This document shows positions 43,747 to 58,718 of a stretch of 64,000 nucleotides of DNA, one piece after another; position 1 is the stretch's first letter; each line of letters opens with the position of its first letter. This stretch comes from Octopus vulgaris (Eukaryota). The stretch spans positions 113,026,001 to 113,090,000 of the forward strand of contig OX597819.1 of assembly GCA_951406725.2 (NCBI GenBank), written 5' to 3'. A model generated the notes under the pieces. It saw nothing but the letters and a program-made list of their open reading frames with translations, made no database searches and was not told the origin of the DNA. The translations under genes and the position numbers were made by a program.

Positions 43747-44086
43747 GGAGCAGGAGTGGCTGTGTGGTAAGTAGCTTGCTAACCAACCACATGGTTCTGA
43801 GTTCAGTCCCACTGCGTGGCATCTTGGGCAAGTGTCTTCTGCTATAGCCCCGGGCCGACCAATGCCTTGTGAGTGGATTTGGTAGACGGAAACTGAAAGA
43901 AGCCCGTCGTATATATGTATGGTGTGTTTACGTCCCCGTCACTTAGCGGTTCGGCAAAAGAGACCGATAGAATAAGTACTGGGCTTACAAAGAATAAGTC
44001 CCGGGGTCGATTTGCTCGACTAAAGGCGGTGCTCCAGCATGGCCGCAGTCAAATGACTGAAACAAGTAAAAAGAGTAAAAAGAGAG
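43747..44086 (+). mobile_element. SINE family B, young copy with internal deletion
   Basis: Tail essentially identical to that of 50250-50644. Confidence 0.9.
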
Positions 44087-44100
44087 TATACATACATGCA

Positions 44101-44172
<72 letters not shown>

Positions 44173-44177
<5 letters not shown>

Positions 44178-44310
44178 TGGGTGCTGAAAAGTTCCTGACT
44201 TTGGGTAAAAGAAAATACAGAAGGATCAGTAAATTGTGATTTTCTTCAACATATTCCCCTCTCAGGTTCACACACTCATTGCAGTGGTCCTTCCTAAGCT
44301 CTGTAAAAGA
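44173..44310 (-). mobile_element. Mariner 3' end
   Basis: CNECVNLRGEYVEE C-terminal motif; terminus CGAGG..GCTGAAAAGTTCC. Confidence 0.65.
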
Positions 44311-44403
44311 ACTCGGAGTGTTGGGCCTCCAACCAGACCTTTCGCAAATACCCTTAAAGCCAGTGGGAGCGATCCCCTTCCATTCTCTAGCAGGTATCAA
44401 AAT

Positions 44404-44450
44404 CGCGAGATTGACGCAGTTTCGAGCTATTTGGCTCATCCTCAGTCGAG
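44404..44450 (-). ncRNA. Type I hammerhead motif
   Basis: Minus strand reads CUCGA CUGAGGA U GAGC caaaua GCUC GAAAC UGCGUCAAUC UCG; outer CUAGCAG/CUGCUAG pairing as at 9013-9092. Confidence 0.65.
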
Positions 44451-44671
44451 AGCAACTGTCCGCCAAAGCGATAGTCAGAGTCTGCTAGCGCTAACAATAC
44501 ATTGTATATAAAGGGTCAGAGTCGCACCGATAACCAGCTGGCGGAGAATGTGCCTGGGGTTAAACTAGTTGTAACATTGAACAGCCACTTCGATGCGGCG
44601 ACTGGCTTTTCTGTTTAATATAGTTACTCCTCTTGTCTCCTCGTGAGATTTTGCAACTAGCCATTTTACTC

Positions 44672-44708
<37 letters not shown>

Positions 44709-44711
44709 ATC

Positions 44712-44861
<150 letters not shown>

Positions 44862-44886
44862 AAGATAGATAGATAGATAGATATAT

Positions 44887-44967
<81 letters not shown>

Positions 44968-44968
<1 letters not shown>

Positions 44969-45144
44969 ATTCAGTTGAATATGGTACTTAAGTTAAAGGC
45001 AGCAGAATTTAGTATGGTATTATCCATATAATTCAAAATGGGGTGATTATAATCAAAATAAGCAACAAGGATATCCAGAGGTAATGCAGTCGCATGAAAC
45101 GATCGTACTGCATTACCTCTGGATATCCTTGTTGCTTTATTTTG

Positions 45145-45150
<6 letters not shown>
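44968..45150 (-). mobile_element. Penelope-type terminal fragment with 39-bp-arm fold-back
   Basis: ATCAAAATAAGCAACAAGGATATCCAGAGGTAATGCAG and its reverse complement enclose GAAAC GATC GTA. Confidence 0.7.
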
Positions 45151-45195
<45 letters not shown>

Positions 45196-45361
45196 GACGA
45201 CGAGGGTTCCAGTTGATCCAATCAACGACGGAACAGCCTGCTCGTGAGATTCAGCGTGACAAAGAGTGTGACAAGGCTGGCGCTTTGAAATACAAGTACA
45301 ACAGAAACAGGAAGAAAGAGAGAGAGAAAGTTGTGGTGAAAGAGTACAGACGGGTATGTCC

Positions 45362-45641
45362 TTAATCAAAGGACATACTAAGCAGGTCTACCTGCTGTAA
45401 ATAACAGTCAAAGCTGAGGAGGGTTAGGTTATTAAGCTGAGGAGGGTTAGGTTATTATGCCAGTCCAGTAACCGGTCCACGTGAATCCAGATACTTGAAT
45501 GCATGCTGAGAGATTGTCTTGGCCCGTTTGCCTTCGGACGGTTGATTTCTGTAGTTATTATCAGAGTATTTTGGTGATCTAAATAAGAGTTTTGACTGTT
45601 ATTTCCAGCAGGTAGACATACTTAGTATGTCCTTTGATTAA
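45362..45641. repeat. About 54-bp inverted repeats enclosing a 22-bp tandem duplication
   Basis: TTAATCAAAGGACATACTAAG../..CTTAGTATGTCCTTTGATTAA; GCTGAGGAGGGTTAGGTTATTA twice. Confidence 0.75.
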
Positions 45642-45817
45642 TTTTAATTTTTCAGCTATTTAATGCTTTGCTGGGCGGGGTGGGGATACAATCGCCTATA
45701 TTATTGATTCTGCTATTATAATTTTTAAAATTGTTACACTAGATAATAACAGAGTCAATGATATCTTCGCAAATTATTTTTTCGTGAATTATTTTTTCTC
45801 GTGAAATATTTTCTCCT

Positions 45818-45876
<59 letters not shown>

Positions 45877-45878
<2 letters not shown>

Positions 45879-46575
45879 AAGTATTCCAGAAGTTTTAAGA
45901 CTTCTTTTAGTAGAGGGATTATAACTGTCCTAGATTATTGCAATTTTTGTACATCATTACTATACGTCTAATAATCTGACCTGCCATAAAGGAAATGGTT
46001 ATAATACCACTTCGAATGTAGCTTACAAAACACTGCTCCCACAGCTGACTAATTTGCAGAATATAATAAGATGGTTTAGAAGTTCATAAATCAATAATTT
46101 TTTTTGTTAAACTGGACAAAAATGCTGCAGGAACTTATGAAATGCTCCAAAGTGCTTATAGATAAACTTTTTCGCTGGCACAAGCGGTTGAAGGACGGTA
46201 GAGAGGAGGCAAAAGACGATGGCAAAAGACGATGAGAAGCGTAGGAGGGAAAAGGGCATCAGAAACTCAAAGCTGGTTGAGAAAAATAGAAATTTTTTGA
46301 ATGAAGACCATTGTGTTCCTATGAAGACAATAAGCATACAATTTGGAGCTGGTGTGACAGTTGTACACAGAATTATTCATGGAGATTTGAAAAAGCACGA
46401 AATTTGTGCAAAGTTTGTAGCCAGGGTGCTCAGTGACAAGCCTCCTGGTAGCCAACTGCTTGACAGTCCAGACCTTGTTCACTGTGACTTTTGGTTGCTC
46501 CAGAAGCTGAGAGAGAACCTCAGAGGCAGTCGTTTTGCCGAGAGGATGAAGAAGGCTGTGACGGTGGGCTGTGAA
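45877..46575 (+). mobile_element. Internally deleted, decayed mariner
   Basis: HRIIHGDL..ICAKFVARVL (WVPR-like) joined to SPDLVHCDFWL..L..NLRGSRF. Confidence 0.8.
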
Positions 46576-46586
46576 GCACACATATT

Positions 46587-46641
<55 letters not shown>

Positions 46642-47400
46642 TCGATGGATTCTTTCGATTTCCGTCTACCAGATCCACTTACAATAGAATAATAGAAAAT
46701 ACCTGCCGAAGGTGCCACGCAATAGGACTGAATCCGGAACCATCTGGTTGGGAAGCATTCTTCTTACCACACAGTCTCACCTGTACCTGTAGCATTTATT
46801 TTATTGAACTCGATATTATAGAAAGCAATGTCAATCTCAGCGGTATTTGAACCCAGAAAACAAAGAGATGTGATTAAATACCGCATGGCAATTTGATCGC
46901 AGCTCTACCCATTCTGCCAATCCGAGGCCCTCAAATGCCGAACAAAATGGCGGAAAAGAGCAACCGAAACGAAAAAATATCTGTAACGAGGAAAAAGTAA
47001 CTTATATAGAAAACAAAAAATAAGATTAAAGATTTACTACGATAATCTTTCGGTATTATGAAATGACAAGATAGGAACTGAAAGAAACATAAAACAGGAT
47101 TAATTAAAAGATTTTGAGATCTGACTAAGGAGATTATCAAATTACTGAAAAGGTATCTTCAGATGATATCCGTTCAAAAGAAACTGACGGTATTTCCAGA
47201 CAAATCTTTTTGCAGCCACAGCGCCACCACACCCATTATTTATATTGCTTCATTCAGTGTTGCATTTTATTTCAGCTACACTTTTATTATTTTGTATTTT
47301 GTTCTTCTCATTGCTCGAACTTACGTATATACATACATACATACATACATACATACATACATACATACATACATACATACATACATACATGTATATATGT

Positions 47401-47434
<34 letters not shown>

Positions 47435-47572
47435 GTCTATACTTATATATACACATATACGTGTATTTGTACATGTGTACGTATATGAATATGTGCCTGT
47501 GTGTGTGCTCATGTATGTAGGTAAGTGTATATGTGTACTATAAATGTATATATATATATATATGTGTGTGTA

Positions 47573-47605
<33 letters not shown>

Positions 47606-48622
47606 ATGTATGTATGCATATATTGTGCATATATATATATGTATATATGCATGTAAACATGCATACATACACACATATATATATATACATATGTGTGTAT
47701 GTATTGTATGTATTATATGTGTGAGTGTATACATACATATATGTAAATGTATGTATGTATGTATGTATGTATGTATGTATGTATGTATGTATGTATGTAT
47801 GTATGTATGTATGTATGCGCATGCGTATGTATGTTGCGTTTTGCTTTCCATTTCACTCTTTTCGCTTCCCACTTTAGTTTTACGAATTTACGAGACGCTG
47901 GTTTTAAATCCAGCGACCAATTTATCGACTCTGCTTTATGCAGCTTACGTACATGTCAACCATTTCATTTATCTCTGCCTACATCTTCTTACTAACTTGC
48001 ACTTTACGTTTCTTCTGCTGCAACCGTCGGTACTTTGCGTAAGTAATATTACACATAATAGGAAAAAAAAAAGAGAAGTGATCACAAAGAGTTAAAGCTT
48101 GAATGTTCGTGAAATAAAGTAGAGTAATTTATCCTTGCTTTCATAAATGCGTTGGGATGAGAATAAATAGTGCTTGCGTCTAATATGGTTTTAGGTGTCT
48201 TCGGGATAATATGGTTTTTAGATATTCTGAGAGCATGATATTATAAATAGGATCTGGCTTCTAAGTAGAACAGAAAGTGTTAAGGCGGGTTGTCTAGAAT
48301 ATGAGATTTATGAGGTAGTCACACATAGATAAAACCATATATTGAGTTACGTTCAGTGTGTGTGAATATCTAATATGTAATTACAGAGATATACAGATGT
48401 ATGTGTGCGTGCGTGTACGGGCGAATGTGTGTGTATGGGTATATGAGTGTACGTCTGAACATTTATGTGTGCAAGTGCGTGTGTGTGTGTGTGTTTCTGT
48501 GTGTCTATGTGCCTCTGTGTGCATGCATCAGTGTGTGTGTGTGTGTGGTTTCTGTGGATATACATGAACTCGTTCGTTTATAAGTTTGTTTGGGTGCACA
48601 CGAACCCGTGTGCAGATTCATC

Positions 48623-48672
<50 letters not shown>

Positions 48673-48931
48673 CACACGCGAGAACATACATCCATACACG
48701 AAACATACACACACACACACACACACACACTCCTACACACATACACTGGTGCACTACGCAATGCATATCTCAACCGTTCATAAATGAAGACAGTTGAATT
48801 CTTCATGCTAAAAGCATTTACACACCATACCATTTGTATATAACTTATTCAGGGTTTTTCCCGCTCACCTTTAATTCAATTGTAACTAGGAATAACTTAA
48901 ATTCACTAATTGCTTAAATATAACTGTACAT

Positions 48932-49100
48932 AGACGCTGGAGTGGCTGTGTGGTAAGTAGCTTGCTTACCAACCACATGGTTCCGGGTTCAGTCCCACTG
49001 TGAGGCACCTTGGGCAAGTGTCTTCTACTATAGCCTCGGGTCGACCAAAGCCTTGTGAGTGGATTTGGTAGACGGAAACTGAAAGAAGCCCGTCGTATAT
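48932..49100 (+). mobile_element. SINE family B, 5' half
   Basis: Head and CORE-like segment up to the internal (TA)n. Confidence 0.85.
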
Positions 49101-49482
49101 ATGTATATATATAATACAGTATTAACAATAAGAAAATAGGATAATTCATCCTGCAGCGGGAACTAAATGGATGATGTTTGTTGCTGTTCTTGGCTATAAG
49201 CAATTTTTACCTGTTGATCGGAGATGGGTCCCAGTAACATGGAAGAATAATTCCACAGTACAACAGATGTTAGTTTCAGCCTAGCGAAGCAAAATGTCGT
49301 CAAAATGGAAGTTAATTTCTTCCGTACATACGTACACACACACGCGCGCGCGCAAATATCCTCACTCCCAGAAATATGCTCTACACATAAAAACGAAAAA
49401 TCAAGGACAGTAATAAAAATATAAACAAATAATAAACTATAAAGGTATCATCTATCAGTCTATCTATCTATCCATCAACCCC

Positions 49483-49560
<78 letters not shown>

Positions 49561-49570
49561 CAGAGGAGGA

Positions 49571-50008
49571 TTACTGTCTGGAAGGAGAATCTCCTTCCAT
49601 TAAGACAATTTCTGACGTTTCCTCACGCACTTCGCTTAATTTAGGCTTTTTGGACTCACTTTTTTCACTTTTTATACTTGCAGGTCGTTTCGTCAGAAAC
49701 ATATCAAGAGAAATCTGCTTTTTCCTGCCTTTCAAAATGTTAAGAAAATGCACCCCAGCAGTGTCATTAAATAAAGCAGCTACACGACATATAGATACTT
49801 TTTCAGGATGATATATTTTTCTACAAATTCAGAAACATACTGTCACTTTGCCAACACTGCTTTAATATCACACGTAGAGATACCATTCTCCGCTACACTG
49901 CCCTCCTCCGGGGAACCAATCTCTTCCACTGCATCCAAATGCTGCTCTTCCTGAAGCTACAGGAGTTCATCTGTCTTCAGCTCCTCTGAGTGTTCGTCGA
50001 CGAGAGTC
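49571..50008 (-). mobile_element. Tigger/pogo transposase C-terminal relic
   Basis: LVDEHSEEL.TDEL..EQ..FVEK.HPEK..FND..HF.NILKGRKKQISLDMFL..MEGDSPSRQ. Confidence 0.8.
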
Positions 50009-50249
50009 TGACGTATATACGTATATACGACGGGTTTCTTTCAGTTTCTGTCTACCAAATCCAATCACAAGGCTTCGGTCGGCCCGAGGCTATAATAGAA
50101 GACACTTACCCAAGATGCCACGCAGTGGAACTGAACCCAGAACCATGTGGTTGAGAAACACGCTTCTTACCAAACATCCATATAAATGTGTGTGCGCGCG
50201 CGCGCGTGTGTGTGTGTGTGTACGTAGTGTGTGTGTGAATTTATAGAGG

Positions 50250-50644
50250 TTCTCTTTACTCTTTTACTTGTTTCAGTCATTTGACTGCGGCCATGCTGGA
50301 GCACCGCCTTTAGTCGAGCAAATCGACCCCGGGACTTATTCTTTGTAAGCCCAGTACTTATTCTATCGGTCTCTTTTGCCGAACCGCTAAGTGACGGGGA
50401 CGTAAACACACCAGCATCGATTGTCAAGCGATGCTAGGGGGACAAACACAGACACACAAACATACACACACATACATATATACGACAGGCTTCTTTCAGT
50501 TTCCGTCTACCAAATCCACTCACAAGGCATTGGTCGGCCCGAAGCTATAGTAGAAGACACTTGCCCAAGATGTCACGCAGTGGGACTGAACCCGAACCAT
50601 GTGGTTGGTAAGCAAGCTACTTACCACACAGCCACTCCTGCGCC
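50250..50644 (-). mobile_element. SINE family B, full length, preceded by a partial copy at 50025-50170
   Basis: Complete family B structure. Confidence 0.9.
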
Positions 50645-51268
50645 TTGTTGTATGTATATAAACATCAACGTGTTTGTTTGGAGTGTTTCTCGATATGATA
50701 GGAGTAAAGTGAAGGTTCTCCAAATAAAATGGTATTTGGTGTGTGTGTGTGTGTGTATGTACGTATGTGTATCTGTGTGTTTATGCGTGCGCGCGTGCTT
50801 ACGTATGGGCATGCGTGTGTAGTAGCGGTGATTTACAAACGTGTATTGTACAGGTGTTTCTGTCAGTAAGATAAATTGATCTGTAATGTAAATATAAATA
50901 CACCGGGTCGATAGTATATTGGCTACTATCAGCAGACAATGGTGGAAATTGAATAAAGAAGACGATACCTCATCAAATAAGAAAAAAGAGACAAAAATAC
51001 TTTGTGTCAAATGAGGAAACGCGTAAGAAAAATGATCTGACGAACAGCATATTGTATACGAATGAGTAGTTGTGATAAAATGTCAGAGTAATTCAGACAT
51101 TGTAGTCTTGCTATGCATAGATAAATTGAGAGTATTTGTAGATATGAAGAGAACACGAGGAGGGAGTTGGAGAGAGGGGGTATCAGAAAGAAAGAAAGAA
51201 AGAAGGAAAGAAAGAAAGAGCATCTTGATTCTAAATGAAAGGAGAGGGGAAAAAGAAAGATAAGTGAC

Positions 51269-51356
<88 letters not shown>

Positions 51357-51446
51357 TTAGTAGTAGTAGTAGTAGTTTAGTAGTAGTAGTTTAGTAGTAG
51401 TAGTTTAGTAGTAGTAGTAGTAGAAGCTGTAGTAGTAGAAACTGTA

Positions 51447-51517
<71 letters not shown>

Positions 51518-51551
51518 TGTCGTAGAAGTGGAAGCTGTAGTAGTAAAAACT

Positions 51552-51596
<45 letters not shown>

Positions 51597-51602
51597 AAAA
51601 CT

Positions 51603-51657
<55 letters not shown>

Positions 51658-52864
51658 GTAAAATACGACTTTTAAAAATGGGGGTAAGTATTTTTCTACA
51701 TTTTGACAAACTGGGGAGAGATAAAAGAATATACGAGGCAGAATGAGGGACCCGGGGAAAAGAGAAAGTGGAGGGCATCAAGAATGAACGAACGAAAGAA
51801 ACATTCAAACAAACATACAAAGACAGACAGACAGACAGACAGACTGACGAACAGACCGACAGACAGACGGACAGAAAGACAGAGATGGATTGAAGGTTGG
51901 GATAAGGAAGAGAGGAGTACATGGCAGTCATTTAGCGTTGATTAAAGTGACAGTTTAGGTCTCCCATGGGAGGATTTTTGAGATAAAGAAGAGGAAGGTG
52001 AAGATTTCCAATGGAATTGGGTGGATAAGAATCTTTATTGTTAGTCTTTTGATGCCAAAGAGGTTTAATGGTATGGAGGCAGGGCTCAGCAAAAGATAAA
52101 TTCTTGTGTGTGTTTGTGTATAAAGAGCGCACACCAATATCACGAATATGTTACCATCACCAACTTCGTGCAAGCGTGGCCGTGTGGTAAGACGTTTACT
52201 CTTCAGCCACTTGGTTTCGGGTTCAGTACTCATGCGTTGCTCCTCGAGCAAGTGTTCTTTATATCATAACTTTATATTATAGCAGAAACCGGAAATTGTT
52301 ATATTCATAATTTCCGGTTTCAGTTATGTATTTATTATATTAACTACACAAATTGAAGAATCAAGTTGTAATTAAATTTTGAGCTCATTTTAAATTTTTA
52401 TGCGCGAGCATGTTTGCATGGACCAACCATGGTTCATATATAACTGATTTGCATGTGAAACACATGACCTATGACGTCAGTTTGTCATTTTATTAAGAAT
52501 ACTTAATGAATCGAGCAGGCAGAATCGTTAGCACGCCGGGTAAAATGCTTAGAGGCATTTCGCCCGTCTTTGTGTTCTGAGTTCAAATTCCGCCGAGGTC
52601 GACTTTGCCATCCTTTCGGTGTCGATAAGTTGGACGCTGGCGTCGATGTAATCGGCTTACTTCCTCCTTGAAACTACTAAAATCTAGAACTAATCTTTTA
52701 TAAAAAATGTTTTAATATTTTGATTAAAAGGATAAATTTCTCATATATAACGAGGGTTTTTTAGTTTCTTTCTGGCTTTATAATCAGCATGAAATGTATC
52801 AGCAAAACGTGTTACCATTTTTGACTGTTTCTTGGTAGAAACACTGTTGGCATCTGTTTCTGAT

Positions 52865-53282
52865 TTATTTCTTTATTGCCTACAGGTGGCTAAACATAGA
52901 GGGGACAAACAAAGGGATTAAGTCGATTACATTGATCCCAGTGCGTAATTGGTACTTATTTAATCGACCCCGAAAGGATAAAAGGCAAATTCGACCTCGG
53001 CAGAATTTGAACTGGGAACGTAACGGCAGACGAAATACCTATTTTTTTACTACTCACAAGGAGCTAAACACAGAAGGGACAAAACAAGGACAGACAAACG
53101 GATTAAGTCGATTATATCGACCCCAGTGCGTAACTGGTACTTATTTAATCGACCTCCAAAGGATGAAAGGCAAAATCGACCTCGGCGGAACTTGAACTCA
53201 GAACATAACGGCAGACGAAATACTGCTAAGCATTTCACCCAGCGTGGCATTTCACCCAGACGATTCTGCCAGGTCGCTGCCT
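52865..53282 (-). mobile_element. SINE family A dimer
   Basis: Same structure as 794-1209. Confidence 0.85.
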
Positions 53283-53424
53283 GGTTATCATAAGATTATA
53301 TCTTATGTGACGGTTTGCGTCCAATTTCTTCCACCAATCAGAAAATATTTTGGCCACAGTTTGATGCTGGTTTGTTCTTAGGATACATTACCAGTTTTGA
53401 TTTCTGCACTATATCTAATATATA

Positions 53425-53584
53425 TAGGGCCGACTTAGCTGCTTCATAGGACCCCGAATAAATCGGCGCACTAAGCCTATAATATTCTTTATTGACACCA
53501 AGCCACGCAGATCAGAATCGCATCCTTCGACCAATGAGGCCCTTGGGCAACTGCTCAGTGTGCCCATGTCTTAAGACGGCCCTG
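53425..53584. mobile_element. Small hAT-like MITE
   Basis: TAGGGCCGACTTA / TAAGACGGCCCTG terminal inverted repeat; no convincing TSD. Confidence 0.55.
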
Positions 53585-53639
53585 TATGCATATATAGATA
53601 GGTAGCTCTGCTACATACTGATATTTTTCTTGGGTTATG

Positions 53640-54158
53640 AATGTACGTATGTATGTATGTATATCTGTTTAGTTGTATGTATGAATGTATACATTTATGT
53701 ATATATGTATGCATGTATGTCTATATGCATGCATGCATGCATGTATGTATCTATGTATGTATGTATGCTTGTTTGTATGTATGCATATCTGTTTGGTTGT
53801 ATGTATATATGTATAAATGTATGTATGTATGTATTCACGCATGTATGTAAGTATGCATGCATGTATATATGTATGTTTGTATGTCTTTATGCATGTATGT
53901 ATATATGCATGTATGTATGCATGCATGCATGTATGTATGCATGCATGCATATATGTATATATGCTTGTATGCATGTGTGTATGTATGTATGTATGTATGT
54001 ATGCATGTATATATGTGTGTATGCATGTATGTATGTATGTTTGCATGTATATATGCATGTGTGTATGTTTGTATGTATGCATGCATGCTTCTATGTATAT
54101 ATACATGTATGGACGCATGCATGTATGTATGTTTGTATGTATGTACGTGTGTACATGT
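53640..54158. repeat. Compound (ATGT/ATGC)n microsatellite; a similar tract lies at 60225-60848
   Basis: Direct inspection. Confidence 0.9.
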
Positions 54159-54632
54159 GAACGCGAACCAATTTATGCTCAACAATTGTATGGCGTTTAT
54201 GATGCTTTCAAAGCCCGCTACCCGACACTGATCAAGCGAAGACACATCGTGCACTCCTAAGGCATGAAAATTCCCCAGACCAAAGACATACGCGAGGAAC
54301 TTCAGGGGCTGGAAGTGCTGCCTTACGCTGCCAACAGTCCAGACCTTGCACCCTCAGATTACAACTTTTTTTTAGGGACCACGGCTCGTTTCCTGCACGG
54401 ACGGACATTCAGCAACGTGGATGAGGTTGAAAATGGATGAAGAGAGTTTTATGCCTATAAACCAGCCAAATGATGGTATAAGCGTAGAATTGAGCTTTTG
54501 GCGCAATGATGGTAATGAAATATAATGGGATATATATATATATATTGATGATGAATAAACGCTTTTCTTATGTAATTTGTTTGAGCTATTAATTAAAACT
54601 TGAAATGCAGAAAAACTTTTTACTCAACCAGG
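54159..54632 (+). mobile_element. Mariner 3' relic
   Basis: EVLPYAANSPDLAPSDYN..FLHGRTF..DEVE; terminus AAAACTTTTTACTCAACCAGG then TA. Confidence 0.85.
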
Positions 54633-54694
54633 TATGTATGTGCGTGTGTATGTGTGTGTGTGTGTGTGTGTGTGTATGTACGTATGTATGTATG

Positions 54695-54728
<34 letters not shown>

Positions 54729-55788
54729 CGTACGTATGTATGTATGTATGTATGTATGTATGTATGTATGTATGTATGTATGTATGTATGTATGTATGCA
54801 TATATGTATGTGAGTACTCACTTATATAAAGACATAATTATATAGAAACAGATAGATAACACATAACACACAAACGCACTCACATATACGTACAGACATA
54901 TGCGCATATACACATACTGCGCGAAAACAACACACGTACAAACTTACGCTGTCATCAATAAACAGAAAGAAAAATAAACAAAGCAAAAAACAGACACAAA
55001 AGAAATTGCAAATACAACAAATACAGAGAAAGAGAAACTTCTTATTCAAACGTAAGATTCGGTGAAAAGGTCGAGGAGGGAGTTACGCATGTAAGAAAGC
55101 GTGAAATGAGTCGTAAGAAAATACTAAGAGAAAATACTCTATGCTTGTTCACCTGGGGAAATTTTCCACCGGTGTTTAATTATAGCTACAAGGCTATAGG
55201 GAAAATTAATATGCGTTCGACCTTCAAACATCGTCACTGTACACTCGAGCGGCCATCTTGAGAGATTTCCCGAGCTGTTCAGAAGAACCCGAGTTTCTCA
55301 AGTCTTCTCTCTTCACTTTCCTCTTTTGTTAGATCGGGTTGCTGTTTTTCTTTTATTCGTGTTCGTTCATTTGTTTGTTCAATACACACACACACACACA
55401 CATACACACATACACACACACACACACACACACTCACACACATGCATAAGTATTGTTTGTATGTATGTATGTATGAAGTATGTATGTATGTATGTATATT
55501 GTATGTATATAGGTATGCATATAAATATATGTATATATACTTATATCATACATACGTAAATTCATACACACAGACACAGACACACACACACACGTACACC
55601 CAGACACACACACACACACGTACACCATACACATACATACGCATGTCTCTGTTCAGTGATAACCAGAAATTCATGTAACTATCTAACGTACTTATCTATC
55701 AGTCTTTTATCTTTGTTCGTGTATACATAAATATATACATATACACACACATATACAAATATATGTATATGTATATGTACATATGTGA

Positions 55789-55885
<97 letters not shown>

Positions 55886-55973
55886 CATACATACATACAT
55901 ACATACATACATACATACATACATACATAGATGTGTGCATGTGTATATATACATACATATATATATATATACA

Positions 55974-56011
<38 letters not shown>

Positions 56012-56173
56012 CATATATATATATATACATATATATATGTATATATACATACATACATACATACAAACTTCTATGTATGTGTGTACATGTGTCTGTGTGT
56101 GTATGTGTGTCTTTTGTTTGACACAAGTTATCATCTGGTATCTCTGCCTCCCTCTCTCTCCCTCTCTCTCACA

Positions 56174-56211
<38 letters not shown>

Positions 56212-56646
56212 TCCTGGTCGTCTTCTTGTTTTTTCCCTCTCTTTCCACTCCACCACTCTCCCTCCCCCCACTCTTCACATCTTCCATTATCTCTGCCTCG
56301 TTTTTGTTTTTGTTTTCTTTTATTCTTTTCACTTTGGTGACATGTGTTGATTCTTATACTTTCTTTTTTTCTTTTTCTCTTTTTCACGAAGTACCTTATG
56401 CTTGTTGCATATGTTTTATGATTTCCATATGCCTCATCCCTCCCTCCACACTCTCCCTCTCTCTTCTATCTTCTATCTGTCTGTTTATTATTTCATCTTC
56501 TCTCTATCTCTCTCTCCCTCTCCCTTTCTCACGTTCTTTCTGCATTATTGCAATCCTCAATATGTCTGTCATTTTCCCTCCAGTCTTACACTATTGTCTC
56601 CATTCTTGTTCCTATTTTTTTTTACTTTTTTCCACTCGCTTCTCTT

Positions 56647-56722
<76 letters not shown>

Positions 56723-57205
56723 ATCTCTCTCTCTACTTTATGTCTTCTCATAATTTCTTTCTCACAACTTCTGTTGTAAACGTATCCTCTTGAAAATTTC
56801 TTGTATATCTCGTTCCTATTGATGCATGCGTACACACGCCGATGTATTAACTTTCATGCGTACATCAACGCACATTCACATCTCTGTGCATGCGCACTAA
56901 TACTCATAAATACGCACGCGCAGGCACTCGCACACACATATACACATACAAACACATACGCATAGACACACACTCACACACAAACACACACAAATGTGTT
57001 TATATGTATCAACAACAACAAAAAAATAAAATCAAAGGTCCTATTTTATAAGCATTTTTCAAAAAGCTGTGACATAATTATCGATTTTCACAGTATTTTT
57101 GGAGATTTAAGACTTTGGAGAGCACTGTCTCTTTTGTTCATTAGAAATTTTGGGGTTATTTCTTCGTCTTGGTTGCAAAATCATTGCTCCGAAATATGAC
57201 CTTAT

Positions 57206-57594
57206 GGATGGAAGCACTCCGTCGGTTACGACGATGAGGGTTCCGGTTGATCCGAATCAACGGAACAGCCTGCTCGTGAAATTAACGTGTAAGTGGCTGA
57301 GCACTCCACAGACACGTGCACCCTTAACGTAGTTCTCGGGGATATTCAGTGTGACACAGAGAGTGACAAGGCCGGCCCCTTGAAATACAGGTACAACAGA
57401 AACAGGAAGTAAGAGTGAGAGAAAGTTGTGGTGAAAGAGTACAGCAGGGATCACCACCACCCCCTGCCGGAGCCTCGTGGAGCTTTTAGGTGTTTTCGCT
57501 CAATAAACACTCACAACGCCCGGTCTGGGAATCGAAACCGCGATCCTATGACCGCGAGTCCGCTGCCCTAATCACTGGGCCATTGCGCCTCCAC
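57206..57594 (-). mobile_element. SINE family C, full length, 10-bp TSD
   Basis: ATGACCTTAT at 57196-57205 and 57595-57604; tRNA-like head. Confidence 0.92.
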
Positions 57595-58064
57595 ATGACC
57601 TTATAACGGCTACGTTTCCAAGACAGACCACACGTTACGTTAATGCAATCATCGTCCTACGTTTACGTAAAGCATACCTATGCGTAACCTTTTTGTAGTA
57701 TGCACTGTGTTTCTCTTCCCGATCTTTGTCAAGGTACCCTAGTCCAGCAAATCTGGGGTCACAAGGGAAATCATGGACGAATACGTACTTCTTAAGCAAA
57801 TGCGATGTTAATCACTTCATTTTCTAGCTCTCGGTCGATGTATTTATTTTTGCCACCGTTGTGTAAGAGATTCTACCAGTATGATACAACATTCAAAGGT
57901 TCTTACTGATCTTAAAACACTTCCTCACTCTTTTCTCCTAATATACAGTCTGTCAGTATCACTGTTTTCAGAGAAGCCTTCATGTGATAGTAACTATCGG
58001 GCATTTTTGTTTTATAAATAAATCTATCCTAAATGTTGATATCACTATTACTAAAGGGTAAATA

Positions 58065-58403
58065 CACCCCCCTGTCATGAAGGGCCATGGGAATGCACCT
58101 TGAAAGTTCCCCTCCGAAGCATAAGTCCGAGCCAGGTTGTTTATAGAAGACCAGCAGTCGTCCGTGCATATCAGCCTCCCTTCTCAACACCACCGATGTC
58201 CTCCAAGGAAAAGGCAAATGCCGATACAACTTGGCACCTGTGATGTGGCAACTGATCCTCTACAGTTGTGTGAACTACAGCAATCTAAAATAAAGTGTCT
58301 TGCTAAAGACAAGAGCACAACGCACAACTCGGTCCGTGAATCGATCTCACTACCTCATAATTATGAGCCCGACTCTCTAACCACTGAGCCATGAACCTTC
58401 ACT
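58065..58403 (-). mobile_element. SINE with family-D-like head and a different 3' body
   Basis: GAAGG..TGGCTCAGTGGTTAG head and AGCAAGACACTTTATTT; downstream part unlike 28297-28606. Confidence 0.65.
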
Positions 58404-58408
58404 CAATA

Positions 58409-58718
58409 TTCTTCTTCTTAATCCTTTTTGCCCATTGTGGAGCATAGGGCCTCAACAGTTGTTTTCCACTTTTTGCTGTCATTGGCGTGTTTCTTGGCTG
58501 CTTCCCATGTCAGGCTGGTGGTCCTGAGCTCGTCCAAAATGCTCCGCTTCCATGTCTACTTCGGGCGTCCTCGCTTCCTTTTCCCCTGTGGGTTCCAGTC
58601 AAGTGCTTGTCGTGTCACATTTGAGGGCTCTTTCCGCAGTGTGTGTCCAAACCATCTCCATTTCCTTCGTCTAATCTGGACATGTATGGGCTCCTGGTTG
58701 GCCCTTTCCCACATGTAT
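58409..58718 (-). mobile_element. RTE-group LINE 3' end
   Basis: [42 protein letters not shown]; (AAG)n tail. Confidence 0.88.
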
